This document shows, one piece after another, positions 1-7,804 of a DNA stretch of 32,000 nt (position 1 is the stretch's first letter; each line of letters opens with the position of its first letter). The position numbers and the translations under genes are program-made. Location of the stretch: the NCBI GenBank assembly GCA_965230905.1, contig OZ246396.1, forward strand, positions 240,001-272,000. The letters run 5' to 3'. A model generated the notes under the pieces. The model did no database searches. It was not told the DNA's origin and was given only the letters and a program-made list of their open reading frames with translations. The stretch comes from Candidatus Saccharimonadota bacterium. GTDB lineage: Bacteria; Patescibacteriota; Gracilibacteria; UBA1369; 2-02-FULL-48-14.

Positions 1-723
1 ATTTTCCATGCGCTCAAAAAGATTTTGAAGCAGAATGGCCACTCAACCGGAGTGGGAGATGAAGGGGGATTTGCGCCAAATTGTAAGACCAACGAAGAAC
101 CCCTCGAGTTTTTGCTCAAGGCCATTGAAGCCGCGGGTTATAAGGCCGGTTCCCAGGTTGGAATTGCCCTCGATCCGGCCGTGAGCGAGCTGTGGAAAGA
201 TGGCCATTACGAATTCGCCAAAAGCGGTGCGGGTGCTAAAACTTCAGATGAAATGATTGCCATGTGGGAAAGCTGGCTCACTAAATACCCCATTGTTTCT
301 TTGGAGGATGGCCTCGCGGAAAACGACTGGGCGGGCTGGAAGAAACTCAACGAAGAGATGGGAAAACGTGTGCAATTGGTGGGAGATGATTTTCTGGTGA
401 CCAATACGAAGTTTTTGAAGCGCGCGATCGACGAAAACTGTGCCAATTCCATTCTGGTGAAGGTCAACCAAATCGGAAGCCTAACGGAAGCGATGGAAGC
501 CGTGAGGATGGCCCAAACTGCGGGTTGGAAAGCCGTGATGTCGCACCGAAGCGGTGAGACCGAAGACACGACTATCGCCGACCTTGCCGTGGCACTTGAA
601 ACCGGTCAAATCAAAACCGGTTCTGCCAGCCGCTCCGACCGAATTGCGAAATACAATCAATTGCTGCGCATTGAAGAAGCCTTGGGTGACAAAGCACGGT
701 TTGTGAATCCGTTTGTGAAATAA
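1..723 (+). CDS. eno: Enolase (phosphopyruvate hydratase), C-terminal part. The 5' end lies upstream of the window.
   Basis: The frame is open from base 1. The translation contains the enolase hallmark [18 protein letters not shown], plus [23 protein letters not shown] and [13 protein letters not shown]. Stop TAA at 721-723. Confidence 0.93.
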   Translation: MFHALKKILKQNGHSTGVGDEGGFAPNCKTNEEPLEFLLKAIEAAGYKAGSQVGIALDPAVSELWKDGHYEFAKSGAGAKTSDEMIAMWESWLTKYPIVSLEDGLAENDWAGWKKLNEEMGKRVQLVGDDFLVTNTKFLKRAIDENCANSILVKVNQIGSLTEAMEAVRMAQTAGWKAVMSHRSGETEDTTIADLAVALETGQIKTGSASRSDRIAKYNQLLRIEEALGDKARFVNPFVK

Positions 724-754
724 CAGGAGCAAACTCGCCTTTGGCGAGCAATCA

Positions 755-1215
755 AAAACCGACTTTTCTCTCGAGGACTCAGGCGCTAATTTCTGAGCGC
801 TGGCCTCATGGTGAGGGAAAGGTCGGTTCTGTGAATGGTGACGAACTCCATTCTGTTTTTGTTTTTCATCTGCTGTACTTCGGTCGATTTTATGGCCGGA
901 CCGGGGCTGTCCTTGGCGTGGATACAGGTCACTGTGCCGAAGCAGGGAGTGAAAGCAAGAACCACAGAACGATACGAGAGTCTTTCTCTCTCATGGGTGA
1001 TCTAGTCGAGACCACCAGCGTAAAGCAGAGCCGTTTAAGGTAAAGTAACTTTTGTCCCAAAGGGACCTACGTGTTTTTGTCTGAGTTTTGAATGGGCGGT
1101 GAAACGTTTTGTTTTTGCGTTTCATACCAATATACGTGGCGATGTACCGCTTATCAAGTTTCTGTCGTGGACATGAACACAAAATTGTTTCAGGGTAGAT
1201 TGTTTTTACCTGAAA
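755..1215 (+). ncRNA. Unclassified large structured RNA candidate, tandem copy A
   Basis: A 14-bp helix pairs 759-772 with 813-826 and includes two U-G wobbles. Further hairpins: 783-787/796-800, 833-838/848-853, 1101-1106/1118-1123 and 1180s-1215. A long-range helix pairs 878-883 with 937-942. The overlapping ORF 741..1043 is not conserved in copy B. Confidence 0.45.
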
Positions 1216-1252
1216 GGGCATAGCCTTCTAGATAAACTTTCCGGACAATAAA

Positions 1253-1732
1253 AAAACCGACTTTTCTCTCGAGGACTCAGGCGCCAATTTCGGGCGCTGG
1301 CCTCATAGTGAGGGAAAGGTCGGTTCTGTGAAAGGCGATGAACTCTTTCTATTTTTATTTTTCATCTACTGTACTTTGGTCGACTTTAGGGCCGGACCGG
1401 GGCTACTCTTGGCGTGGATACTAGTCACTGTGCCGAAGCAGGGAATGAAACGAGATCCACAGAGTGGAGGGTGAGAGTCTGAGTCTCGTGGGCAATCCAA
1501 TCAGGATCACCAGGGTAAAGTAGAAGCCGTTGAAGGTAAAAGAACTTTTTGTTTCTGTTTCGATTTTTGAATGAGCGGTGAAACGTTGCTTATTCTGTGT
1601 TGGCGCCGTCGTGTCCCGTTGGCGTCGACTTCAGCGTTTCAAATCAATATACGTGCCGCGGCATGGCTTATCAAGTTTCTGTAATGGACTTGAATAAGAA
1701 ATTGTTTCAGCTTGGCTAATTTTAATCTGGAG
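1253..1732 (+). ncRNA. Unclassified large structured RNA candidate, tandem copy B
   Basis: Colinear with copy A at an offset of 498 bp. The same helices are retained: 1257-1270/1310-1323, 1281-1285/1293-1297, 1330-1335/1344-1349, 1374-1379/1433-1438 and 1580-1585/1635-1640. Differences from copy A are compensatory or wobble changes. Confidence 0.45.
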
Positions 1733-1796
1733 TGGTATTTTGATTTTCTTGCTAAAAAAAGTATTTTAATTCATAATTTGGGAGCCTTAACCCGTT

Positions 1797-2480
1797 ATGA
1801 CCACCTTCTCACTCTTCGATATAGCTGGTCCAATCATGGTGGGCCCCTCCAGTTCTCATACTGCCGGGGCAGCTAAAATAGGTCAGTTTGCGAGAGCGAT
1901 TTTTGATGCAACTCCTACTAAGGTGCACTTTTTGCTGCACGGATCTTTTGGAGAAGTATATAAAGGGCATGCTACGGATCGGGCACTTTTGGGAGGCGTT
2001 ATGAAGTTCTCCCCCAACGACGCGCGTATCAAAACTTCGTTTGAAATTGCAGATGAAATTGGACTGAAATATGAGTTTGAACCGGGAGACTTGGGCGCGG
2101 GTTACCACCCCAATTCCGTGCGAATCACTTTAGAGAATCCTCGACGAAAAACCGTGGTGATTGGCTCTTCTATAGGAGGGGGCAGCGTGGTGATGAATCA
2201 AATCAACAGTTTTGATGTGCATATTACAGGGAACAGCGCGGAACAATTTTTCACCCTGGTGGTGGAGAACGAAAACCTTCCGGGCATGCTGGCGAAAGTG
2301 ACGGGATATTTGGGACACAAAGGCATTCGGATTGTGAATATGCAGAGCTGTTATTTGGCTTTTGAAAATAAGGTGCTCAGCGTGCTGAGCATTGAAAAAG
2401 CTCTTACTTTGGCGGAGATCTTGGATCTCGAGAAGGAAGAGGGTATTCTATTTGTCCGCTCCTTGGAAAAACTTTCCTAA
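1797..2480 (+). CDS. sdaAB: L-serine dehydratase (Fe-S type), beta subunit with C-terminal ACT-like domain
   Basis: The N-terminus FSLFDIAGPIMVGPSSSHTAGAAKIG is typical of the beta chain. A GGGAG-like Shine-Dalgarno (SD) sequence lies upstream, and the alpha-subunit gene follows directly. Confidence 0.88.
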   Translation: MTTFSLFDIAGPIMVGPSSSHTAGAAKIGQFARAIFDATPTKVHFLLHGSFGEVYKGHATDRALLGGVMKFSPNDARIKTSFEIADEIGLKYEFEPGDLGAGYHPNSVRITLENPRRKTVVIGSSIGGGSVVMNQINSFDVHITGNSAEQFFTLVVENENLPGMLAKVTGYLGHKGIRIVNMQSCYLAFENKVLSVLSIEKALTLAEILDLEKEEGILFVRSLEKLS

Positions 2481-2492
2481 CCCCCTTTTCCC

Positions 2493-3422
2493 TTGGCTGC
2501 TTCATACATTTTCCACAACGCGAAAGAACTGCTCGACCGTTGCCACGAGCACAAAATGCCGATTTGGCAGGTGATGTTGAGCTACGAAAAACAATTCTCG
2601 AATCAACGTGAGGAGGAAATCATGTCGAAACTGGATACACGTTTGCAGGTTATTTTTGATGGAATCGAGGCGGCGATTGAGAATCCGGAGCTGAGCAAGA
2701 GTGGAATGGTGGGAAATTCAACGCCAAAATTGGCACGAGCCGTGAAGGATTTTCCCGAATGGGCCGATGGACTTTTATTGAATGAATCCGCGGTGCGCGC
2801 GATGCTCGGGGCGGTTGCGACTGGGGAAAACAATGCGCGTATGGGAGTTATCTTGGCCTTCCCTACCGCAGGCGCGGCGGGCGTTTTGCCAGGTGTGATT
2901 TACGGAGCGAAACACAAACTCGGGCTCAACCGTCAACAAATGCTGGAGATGATGCTAACGGCTTCGGCCATTGGAGTGATTATTGCGAACAGCGCTACGC
3001 TTTCGGGCGCGGCGGGAGGATGCCAAGCAGAAGTGGGAAGCGCAACCGCAATGGCGGCTGCAGCTCTTACGGAAGTGCGTGGCAAAACGCCGGAGATGAG
3101 TTTGCATGCAGCCTCACTCGCTTTAAAAAATATGATTGGACTCGCGTGTGACCCGATCGGCGGACTCGTGGAAGTGCCTTGCATCAAGCGAAACGGAATC
3201 GGCGCGGTGTTCAGCATGGCGGCCAGCGACATGGCGGTGATGGGAATCGAAAGTTTTGTACCCTTCGACGAAGTGGTGCGCGCGATGCGTGAAGTGGGCG
3301 ACCTCATGTCTCCTAAGATTCGTGAAACGGCTCTCGGCGGACTTGCGATGACCCCAACGGGACAAGCGGTTTCGGCGAGGATGGGACTACTTAAGATTGG
3401 AGAAAACCCGTGCGCAAAATGA
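2493..3422 (+). CDS. sdaAA: L-serine dehydratase (Fe-S type), alpha subunit. Probable TTG start.
   Basis: The translation shows FPTAGAAGVLPG, GGCQAEVGSATAMAAA and CDPIGGLVEVPCIKRN, motifs typical of SdaAA. The N-terminal FHNAKELLDRC segment requires the TTG at 2493 rather than the first internal ATG. Confidence 0.85.
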   Translation: MAASYIFHNAKELLDRCHEHKMPIWQVMLSYEKQFSNQREEEIMSKLDTRLQVIFDGIEAAIENPELSKSGMVGNSTPKLARAVKDFPEWADGLLLNESAVRAMLGAVATGENNARMGVILAFPTAGAAGVLPGVIYGAKHKLGLNRQQMLEMMLTASAIGVIIANSATLSGAAGGCQAEVGSATAMAAAALTEVRGKTPEMSLHAASLALKNMIGLACDPIGGLVEVPCIKRNGIGAVFSMAASDMAVMGIESFVPFDEVVRAMREVGDLMSPKIRETALGGLAMTPTGQAVSARMGLLKIGENPCAK

Positions 3423-4018
3423 CCTTTAAACTCGGCGTACTCGCCTCTGGTAACGGGACCGACCTCAGTGCCATCTACAAAGAGATGGATGAAGGAAAGA
3501 TGCCCGACATTGAAGTAGTTTTGGTGGTTTCTAATCTGGAGGATGCCCCTGTTTTGGAAAAGGCGCGGACGCGCGGGGTGAAGGCGGTTTTTGCGAGTGC
3601 GAAGGGGAAATCCAAAGAAGAATATGATGCAGAATTGGTGCAACTCATGAAAGAAGCGGGCGTGGATTTGGTCTGCCTCATCGGGTACATGAAAATTCTT
3701 ACACCGGTGTTTGTGAGCGCTTTTCCACGGCACATCATCAACGTGCATCCGGCGCTTTTGCCCAAGTATGGCGGCAATGGATGGTACGGCATGAAAGTAC
3801 ACGAGGGCGTGCTGGCGAACGGCGAAAAAGAAAGCGGCATGACCATTCACTACGTGGACATCGGCGTAGACAGCGGAGCGATGATTTTACAGGAGAAAGT
3901 GGCCATTGAACCGGGTGAAACGCCGGAGAGTTTGCGGGCCAAGGTTTTGGAGCTGGAAAAGAAGGCGTATCCGGAGGCGGTGAGGATGATTTATAAAGAT
4001 CGAAACAATGGCCGATAA
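3419..4018 (+). CDS. purN: Phosphoribosylglycinamide formyltransferase
   Basis: LGVLASGNGTDL near the N-terminus and HIINVHPALLPKYGG match the formyltransferase family. The ATG at 3419 forms an ATGA overlap with the sdaAA stop. An alternative GTG start exists at 3410. Confidence 0.85.
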   Translation: MTFKLGVLASGNGTDLSAIYKEMDEGKMPDIEVVLVVSNLEDAPVLEKARTRGVKAVFASAKGKSKEEYDAELVQLMKEAGVDLVCLIGYMKILTPVFVSAFPRHIINVHPALLPKYGGNGWYGMKVHEGVLANGEKESGMTIHYVDIGVDSGAMILQEKVAIEPGETPESLRAKVLELEKKAYPEAVRMIYKDRNNGR

Positions 4019-4271
4019 AACCTACAAAATCCGTCATGACCGGCCGAATTGCATTGGATGCACGGCGTGTGCAGCGGTGGCGCCGGAGTTTTGGGAAATG
4101 AGCGTGATGGACGGGCTTTCGGATGTGATTGGGTCAAAAATTGGCGAAGATGGCTGGGAGGAATTGGCCATTGCGGAGGCGGATTTTCAGGTGAATATGG
4201 ATGCGGCGAGCGTTTGCCCGGTGAATGTGATTCATCTGATTCAGATTGGGGATGGCAAACAATTGATTTAG
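4008..4271 (+). CDS. Small ferredoxin, single [4Fe-4S]/[3Fe-4S]-type cluster motif
   Basis: 87 aa containing CIGCTAC ... CP (CxxCxxC plus a distal CP). It sits immediately upstream of the oxidoreductase genes. Confidence 0.75.
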   Translation: MADKTYKIRHDRPNCIGCTACAAVAPEFWEMSVMDGLSDVIGSKIGEDGWEELAIAEADFQVNMDAASVCPVNVIHLIQIGDGKQLI

Positions 4272-4289
4272 CCTGTAGAATGCACAGGC

Positions 4290-6053
4290 ATGAAGAGTAT
4301 TTATGAACCATTGACGTGGCTCGTGGGCGGAGAGGCCGGATACGGAATCACCACCATGGGACAAATGTTTGCCCGGGCCTGTGCTCGCGGTGGGCTGAAT
4401 GTGTTTGGATATGTGGAATATCCGTCGCTGATTCGTGGAGGACACAATACGGCACAAGTGCGAACCTCGGTTGGACCGGTGGGAGCACACAGCGAAAAAA
4501 TTGATATTTTGTTGGCCTTGAATAAGGAAACTATTGATTTGAATGCGCCACAAATGAGTGAAGGTGGTGTGATTATTTATGATGGAGAAACCGTGGTTTT
4601 GGATGCGACGAAATACCCGGGATTGAACTTGGTTTCGGTGCCCATGGCGCGGATCACGAAAGAACTCAATGCAGACAGAGTGATGCGAAACACCGTGGCC
4701 CTGGGCGCGAGTTTTGGAATCATGGGACTCGGATTTGCGCCGGTGGAAAATGTGCTGAATACGACTTTTGAACGCAAAGGTGCGGACGTGGTTGGGTTCA
4801 ACGTAAGTGTGGCGAAAGCCGGATTTGACTACGTGGCTGCGAATTACAAAGAACCGTTTAAAAAAACGATTGCAGTTGTGGAGAATGCGGCGCCCCGCAT
4901 GGTGATTTCTGGTAATGAGGCGATTGCGCTCGGCGCACTTAAAGCCGGGGTGAAATTCATGGCGGCCTACCCGATGACACCGGTGACAACCGTGATGCTG
5001 GTGATTGCGAAATATGGAGTGAAACACAATATTGTAATGAAGCACGCGGAGGACGAAATCGCTGCGATTAACATGGCCATTGGAGCCGCTCACATGGGTG
5101 TGCGCGCGATGACGGCCACCGCTGGAGGAGGATTTTCACTGATGGTGGAAGCACTGGGAATGGCCGGAATTACGGAGACGCCACTCGTGGTGATTGAAGG
5201 GCAGCGTCCGGGGCCATCAACGGGTTTACCTACGTGGACCGACCAGGCCGATTTACGATTCTTGATGCACGCATCGCAGGGTGAATTCCCTCGCGTGATC
5301 TTTTTGCCGGGTGATGTGACGGAATGTTTTGAAATGACTTTGAAAGCGTTTAATACGGCTGATAAATATCAAATGCTGTGCATGATTTTGACCGATAAAT
5401 ATTTGGGAGAATCCGTGCAAAGCGTGGCGCCGTTCACTCACGAATATAAAGTGGACCGCGGACTTTTGATGACGATGGAGGACGCGGAAAAATTGAAACA
5501 AGGTGACTATAAACGTTTTGAATTCACGGAAAATGGTGTGTCGCGACGCACAAGGCCTGGCTTCCCAAACACGGTGTACGCGGTTTCTACGGATGAGCAC
5601 AAAGAAGACGGGGATTTGGACGAGGGGGCGGAGAATCGCATCAAAATGGTGGACAAACGTGCGAAGAAATTGGAGACGCTGAAGAAGGAATATTTGAGCG
5701 ACGTGGAGATGTGCGAATTGCACGGACCTGCGGATGCAGATTTGACGCTGGTTGGATGGGGTTCTACGAAAGGACCGATTTTGGAAGCGATGGAAGTGGC
5801 GAATGAGAATGGCCAGAAAGTGAACTTTTTACAGATTAAAATCGTGCTACCCTTCCCTAACGAGCAAGTGGCGGCGATCCTTGGAAAGGCGAAAAAGATG
5901 GTGCTGGTGGAAAACAATTCCGAAGGACAAATGGGCGGCGTGATTCGTGAAAAAACGGGCGTGGATATTACCGATAGATTGCTGCGTTACGACGGACGGC
6001 CTTTGAATCCGGCCGAGATTCTTGTTAAAATTCATAGCACCCTAGGAGCATGA
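4290..6053 (+). CDS. 2-oxoacid:ferredoxin oxidoreductase, alpha subunit (fused gamma-alpha type). Substrate not assignable from sequence.
   Basis: 587 aa. The N-terminal gamma-like segment reads GGEAGYGITTMGQMFARA...YPSLIRGGHN, followed by the alpha core ISGNEAIALGALKAGVKFMAAYPMTPVT. The stop overlaps the beta-subunit start. Confidence 0.88.
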   Translation: MKSIYEPLTWLVGGEAGYGITTMGQMFARACARGGLNVFGYVEYPSLIRGGHNTAQVRTSVGPVGAHSEKIDILLALNKETIDLNAPQMSEGGVIIYDGETVVLDATKYPGLNLVSVPMARITKELNADRVMRNTVALGASFGIMGLGFAPVENVLNTTFERKGADVVGFNVSVAKAGFDYVAANYKEPFKKTIAVVENAAPRMVISGNEAIALGALKAGVKFMAAYPMTPVTTVMLVIAKYGVKHNIVMKHAEDEIAAINMAIGAAHMGVRAMTATAGGGFSLMVEALGMAGITETPLVVIEGQRPGPSTGLPTWTDQADLRFLMHASQGEFPRVIFLPGDVTECFEMTLKAFNTADKYQMLCMILTDKYLGESVQSVAPFTHEYKVDRGLLMTMEDAEKLKQGDYKRFEFTENGVSRRTRPGFPNTVYAVSTDEHKEDGDLDEGAENRIKMVDKRAKKLETLKKEYLSDVEMCELHGPADADLTLVGWGSTKGPILEAMEVANENGQKVNFLQIKIVLPFPNEQVAAILGKAKKMVLVENNSEGQMGGVIREKTGVDITDRLLRYDGRPLNPAEILVKIHSTLGA

Positions 6054-6931
6054 GCAAATCATTAAAAATGCTGGAGAAAGTCACCGAATTGGACACCGCT
6101 TCCAAATGCAACTGGTGCCCGGGTTGTGGTGACTTTGGAATTTTAGTGGCGCTGAAGCAGGCGCTGTTTGAACTCAAACTCGACCCGGAAGAAACGATGA
6201 TTGTTTCTGGAATTGGATGTGGATCACAAACACCGCATTTAATAAAAGTGTACGGCTTTCACTCCCTGCATGGACGCGCGCTGCCCGTGGCAACCGGAAT
6301 GAAAATTGCAAACCACAAAATGAATGTGATCGTGATTGGCGGAGACGGAGACGGCTATGGAATTGGGATGGCGCACTTGGTTCACAGCTCACGACGCAAT
6401 TTCAACCTCACGTACATTGTGCAGAACAATCAGGTTTACGGGCTTACAAAGGGGCAAACCTCGCCTACGAGCGACCATGGATTTAAAACCAAGAGCACGC
6501 CGGAAGGAGTGATTGAAATGGCGGCTCGGCCGCTGGGAATTGCACTCGCATCGGGCGCAACTTTCCTCGCACGCGGATACGCCGGGGATATTATGCATTT
6601 GAAGAAAATGATCATGGAGGGAATTCAACACAAAGGATTTTCACTCATAGATGTTTTGCAACCCTGCGTGACCTTCAACAAAGTGAACACGTACCAATGG
6701 TACCAAGAACGTATTCGCAAGCTCGAAAATGAACCCGGCTATGATCCTACGAACCGCGCCATGGCGTTTGAAAAGGCGGAGGAATGGGGCGATAAGATCA
6801 ACATTGGGGTCTACTACAAAGAATCGCGTCCGACCTACGAGGACGAACTGCCCATGCTAGCCAAAGAGCCACTTGTGGATCAGGCTATCGAGGGTATTGA
6901 CATAAGCAAAGAAATGATGTTTTATATGTAA
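6050..6931 (+). CDS. 2-oxoacid:ferredoxin oxidoreductase, beta (TPP-binding) subunit
   Basis: Contains the CPGCGDFG and GGDGDGYGIG thiamine-diphosphate-binding motifs. ATGA overlap with the alpha subunit. Confidence 0.88.
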   Translation: MSKSLKMLEKVTELDTASKCNWCPGCGDFGILVALKQALFELKLDPEETMIVSGIGCGSQTPHLIKVYGFHSLHGRALPVATGMKIANHKMNVIVIGGDGDGYGIGMAHLVHSSRRNFNLTYIVQNNQVYGLTKGQTSPTSDHGFKTKSTPEGVIEMAARPLGIALASGATFLARGYAGDIMHLKKMIMEGIQHKGFSLIDVLQPCVTFNKVNTYQWYQERIRKLENEPGYDPTNRAMAFEKAEEWGDKINIGVYYKESRPTYEDELPMLAKEPLVDQAIEGIDISKEMMFYM

Positions 6932-6941
6932 CTTAACTCTT

Positions 6942-7217
6942 ATGCCAAAAATCACCAATAAGTCGACTGGAGCTACTGCGCAGTGTGCGGTGGGTGCCAA
7001 CTTCCGAGACGTGGCTCAAACGGAAGGACTGGACGTACCCTTTGGCTGCGAAAGCGGAATCTGCTCAACTTGTCTGATTCAGATCCGCAGTGGAGCTGAA
7101 AACATCGGCCCAAAGACGGAGCAAGAAGAGTTTACCCTCGAAGCCCGTGGCGCGGGACCTGACGTTCGCTTGGGATGCCAGTGCACGATCAATGGAGATA
7201 TAGAATTTGAACAATAA
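6942..7217 (+). CDS. 2Fe-2S ferredoxin (plant/adrenodoxin-like Cys pattern)
   Basis: 91 aa with the pattern CESGICSTCL ... C, i.e. Cx4CxxC plus a distal Cys in LGCQC. Confidence 0.75.
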   Translation: MPKITNKSTGATAQCAVGANFRDVAQTEGLDVPFGCESGICSTCLIQIRSGAENIGPKTEQEEFTLEARGAGPDVRLGCQCTINGDIEFEQ

Positions 7218-7221
7218 AACT

Positions 7222-7800
7222 ATGAATAAGTTCTACACTGGAGAATTCGAAAATGATGGGATGTACCGAGAAGAGGGGCCAGATTCATTTTCTAAAACAC
7301 ATATTCAGCCGGCGATTCTTGCTGTGGATATTTTGTTAGGAAAGCCCATGACGCCCCAAGATAACCTGACTTTGGCTGCGGGACTCAGAGAAGAGGTCGA
7401 CGTTGAAACAAGGAACCTTTGTCGAGAGGCCATTAAGAGTGGACTTGCCTCACTAAAGGAACCTTCTCCTCAAAAACCTGTGTATAAGTTCTACACTGGA
7501 GAATTCGAAAATGATGGGATGTACCGAGAAGAGGGGCCAGATTCATTTTCTAAAACACATATTCAGCCGGTTATTGTTGCTGTGGATATTCTGTTAGGAA
7601 AGCCCATGCCGCCCAAAGGTAACTTGGCCTTGGCTGCGGGACTCAGAGAAGAGGTCTGCGTTGAAGCAAGGAACCTTTGTCGAGAGGCCATTAAGAAAAG
7701 TTTGGGGACTCTGTCATCGAAGCCCTATTTGAGCCAGGGCGACGGCGTTTGGACCGTGGTAACAAAACAGAAAAGATTCTTCCCAAATTACGGCGTCTAG
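7222..7800 (+). CDS. Hypothetical protein built from two tandem ~70-aa repeats (two 210-bp units)
   Basis: The ORF is open from a TTG at 7207, and the first ATG is at 7222. KFYTGEFENDGMYREEGPDSFSKTHIQP occurs twice. I recognise no family. Confidence 0.6.
   Translation: MNKFYTGEFENDGMYREEGPDSFSKTHIQPAILAVDILLGKPMTPQDNLTLAAGLREEVDVETRNLCREAIKSGLASLKEPSPQKPVYKFYTGEFENDGMYREEGPDSFSKTHIQPVIVAVDILLGKPMPPKGNLALAAGLREEVCVEARNLCREAIKKSLGTLSSKPYLSQGDGVWTVVTKQKRFFPNYGV
7228..7695 (+). repeat. Intragenic direct duplication: units 7228-7437 and 7486-7695 (period 258 bp)
   Basis: The first ~86 nt of the two units are identical by eye. The rest differs at scattered positions, and most of those changes alter the amino acid. 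Confidence 0.85.
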
Positions 7801-7804
7801 CGCA

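Noticed and set aside
734-748. Hairpin CTCGCC-TTT-GGCGAG just after the enolase stop, as a possible terminator
   Set aside because: It is only 6 bp and is followed by CAATCAAAAACC rather than a U-tract. It may instead belong to the 5' flank of the structured RNA.
759-830. Resemblance of GAGGGAAAGGUCGG and a later CCACAGAAC to the RNase P RNA conserved regions (GAGGAAAGUCC and ACAGAA)
   Set aside because: The GAGGGAAAGG segment pairs locally with 759-772 instead of forming a long-range P4-type helix. The ACAGAAC segment is not conserved in copy B. A tandem duplicate of RNase P RNA would be implausible. An Rfam scan should still be run.
741-1043. 100-aa ORF (non-ATG start) covering the first part of tandem copy A, and the minus-strand ORF 991..1221
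   Set aside because: The second tandem copy does not keep either frame. The sequence differences between the copies follow base-pairing rather than codon logic. There is no recognisable protein similarity.
2933-3850. 305-aa minus-strand ORF
   Set aside because: It is entirely antisense to the well-supported sdaAA and purN genes. Its composition is low-complexity and rich in Arg, His and Phe, typical of a shadow frame.
4134-5093. 319-aa minus-strand ORF rich in His and Arg
   Set aside because: It is antisense to the oxidoreductase alpha subunit, whose identity is clear. It has no recognisable motifs.
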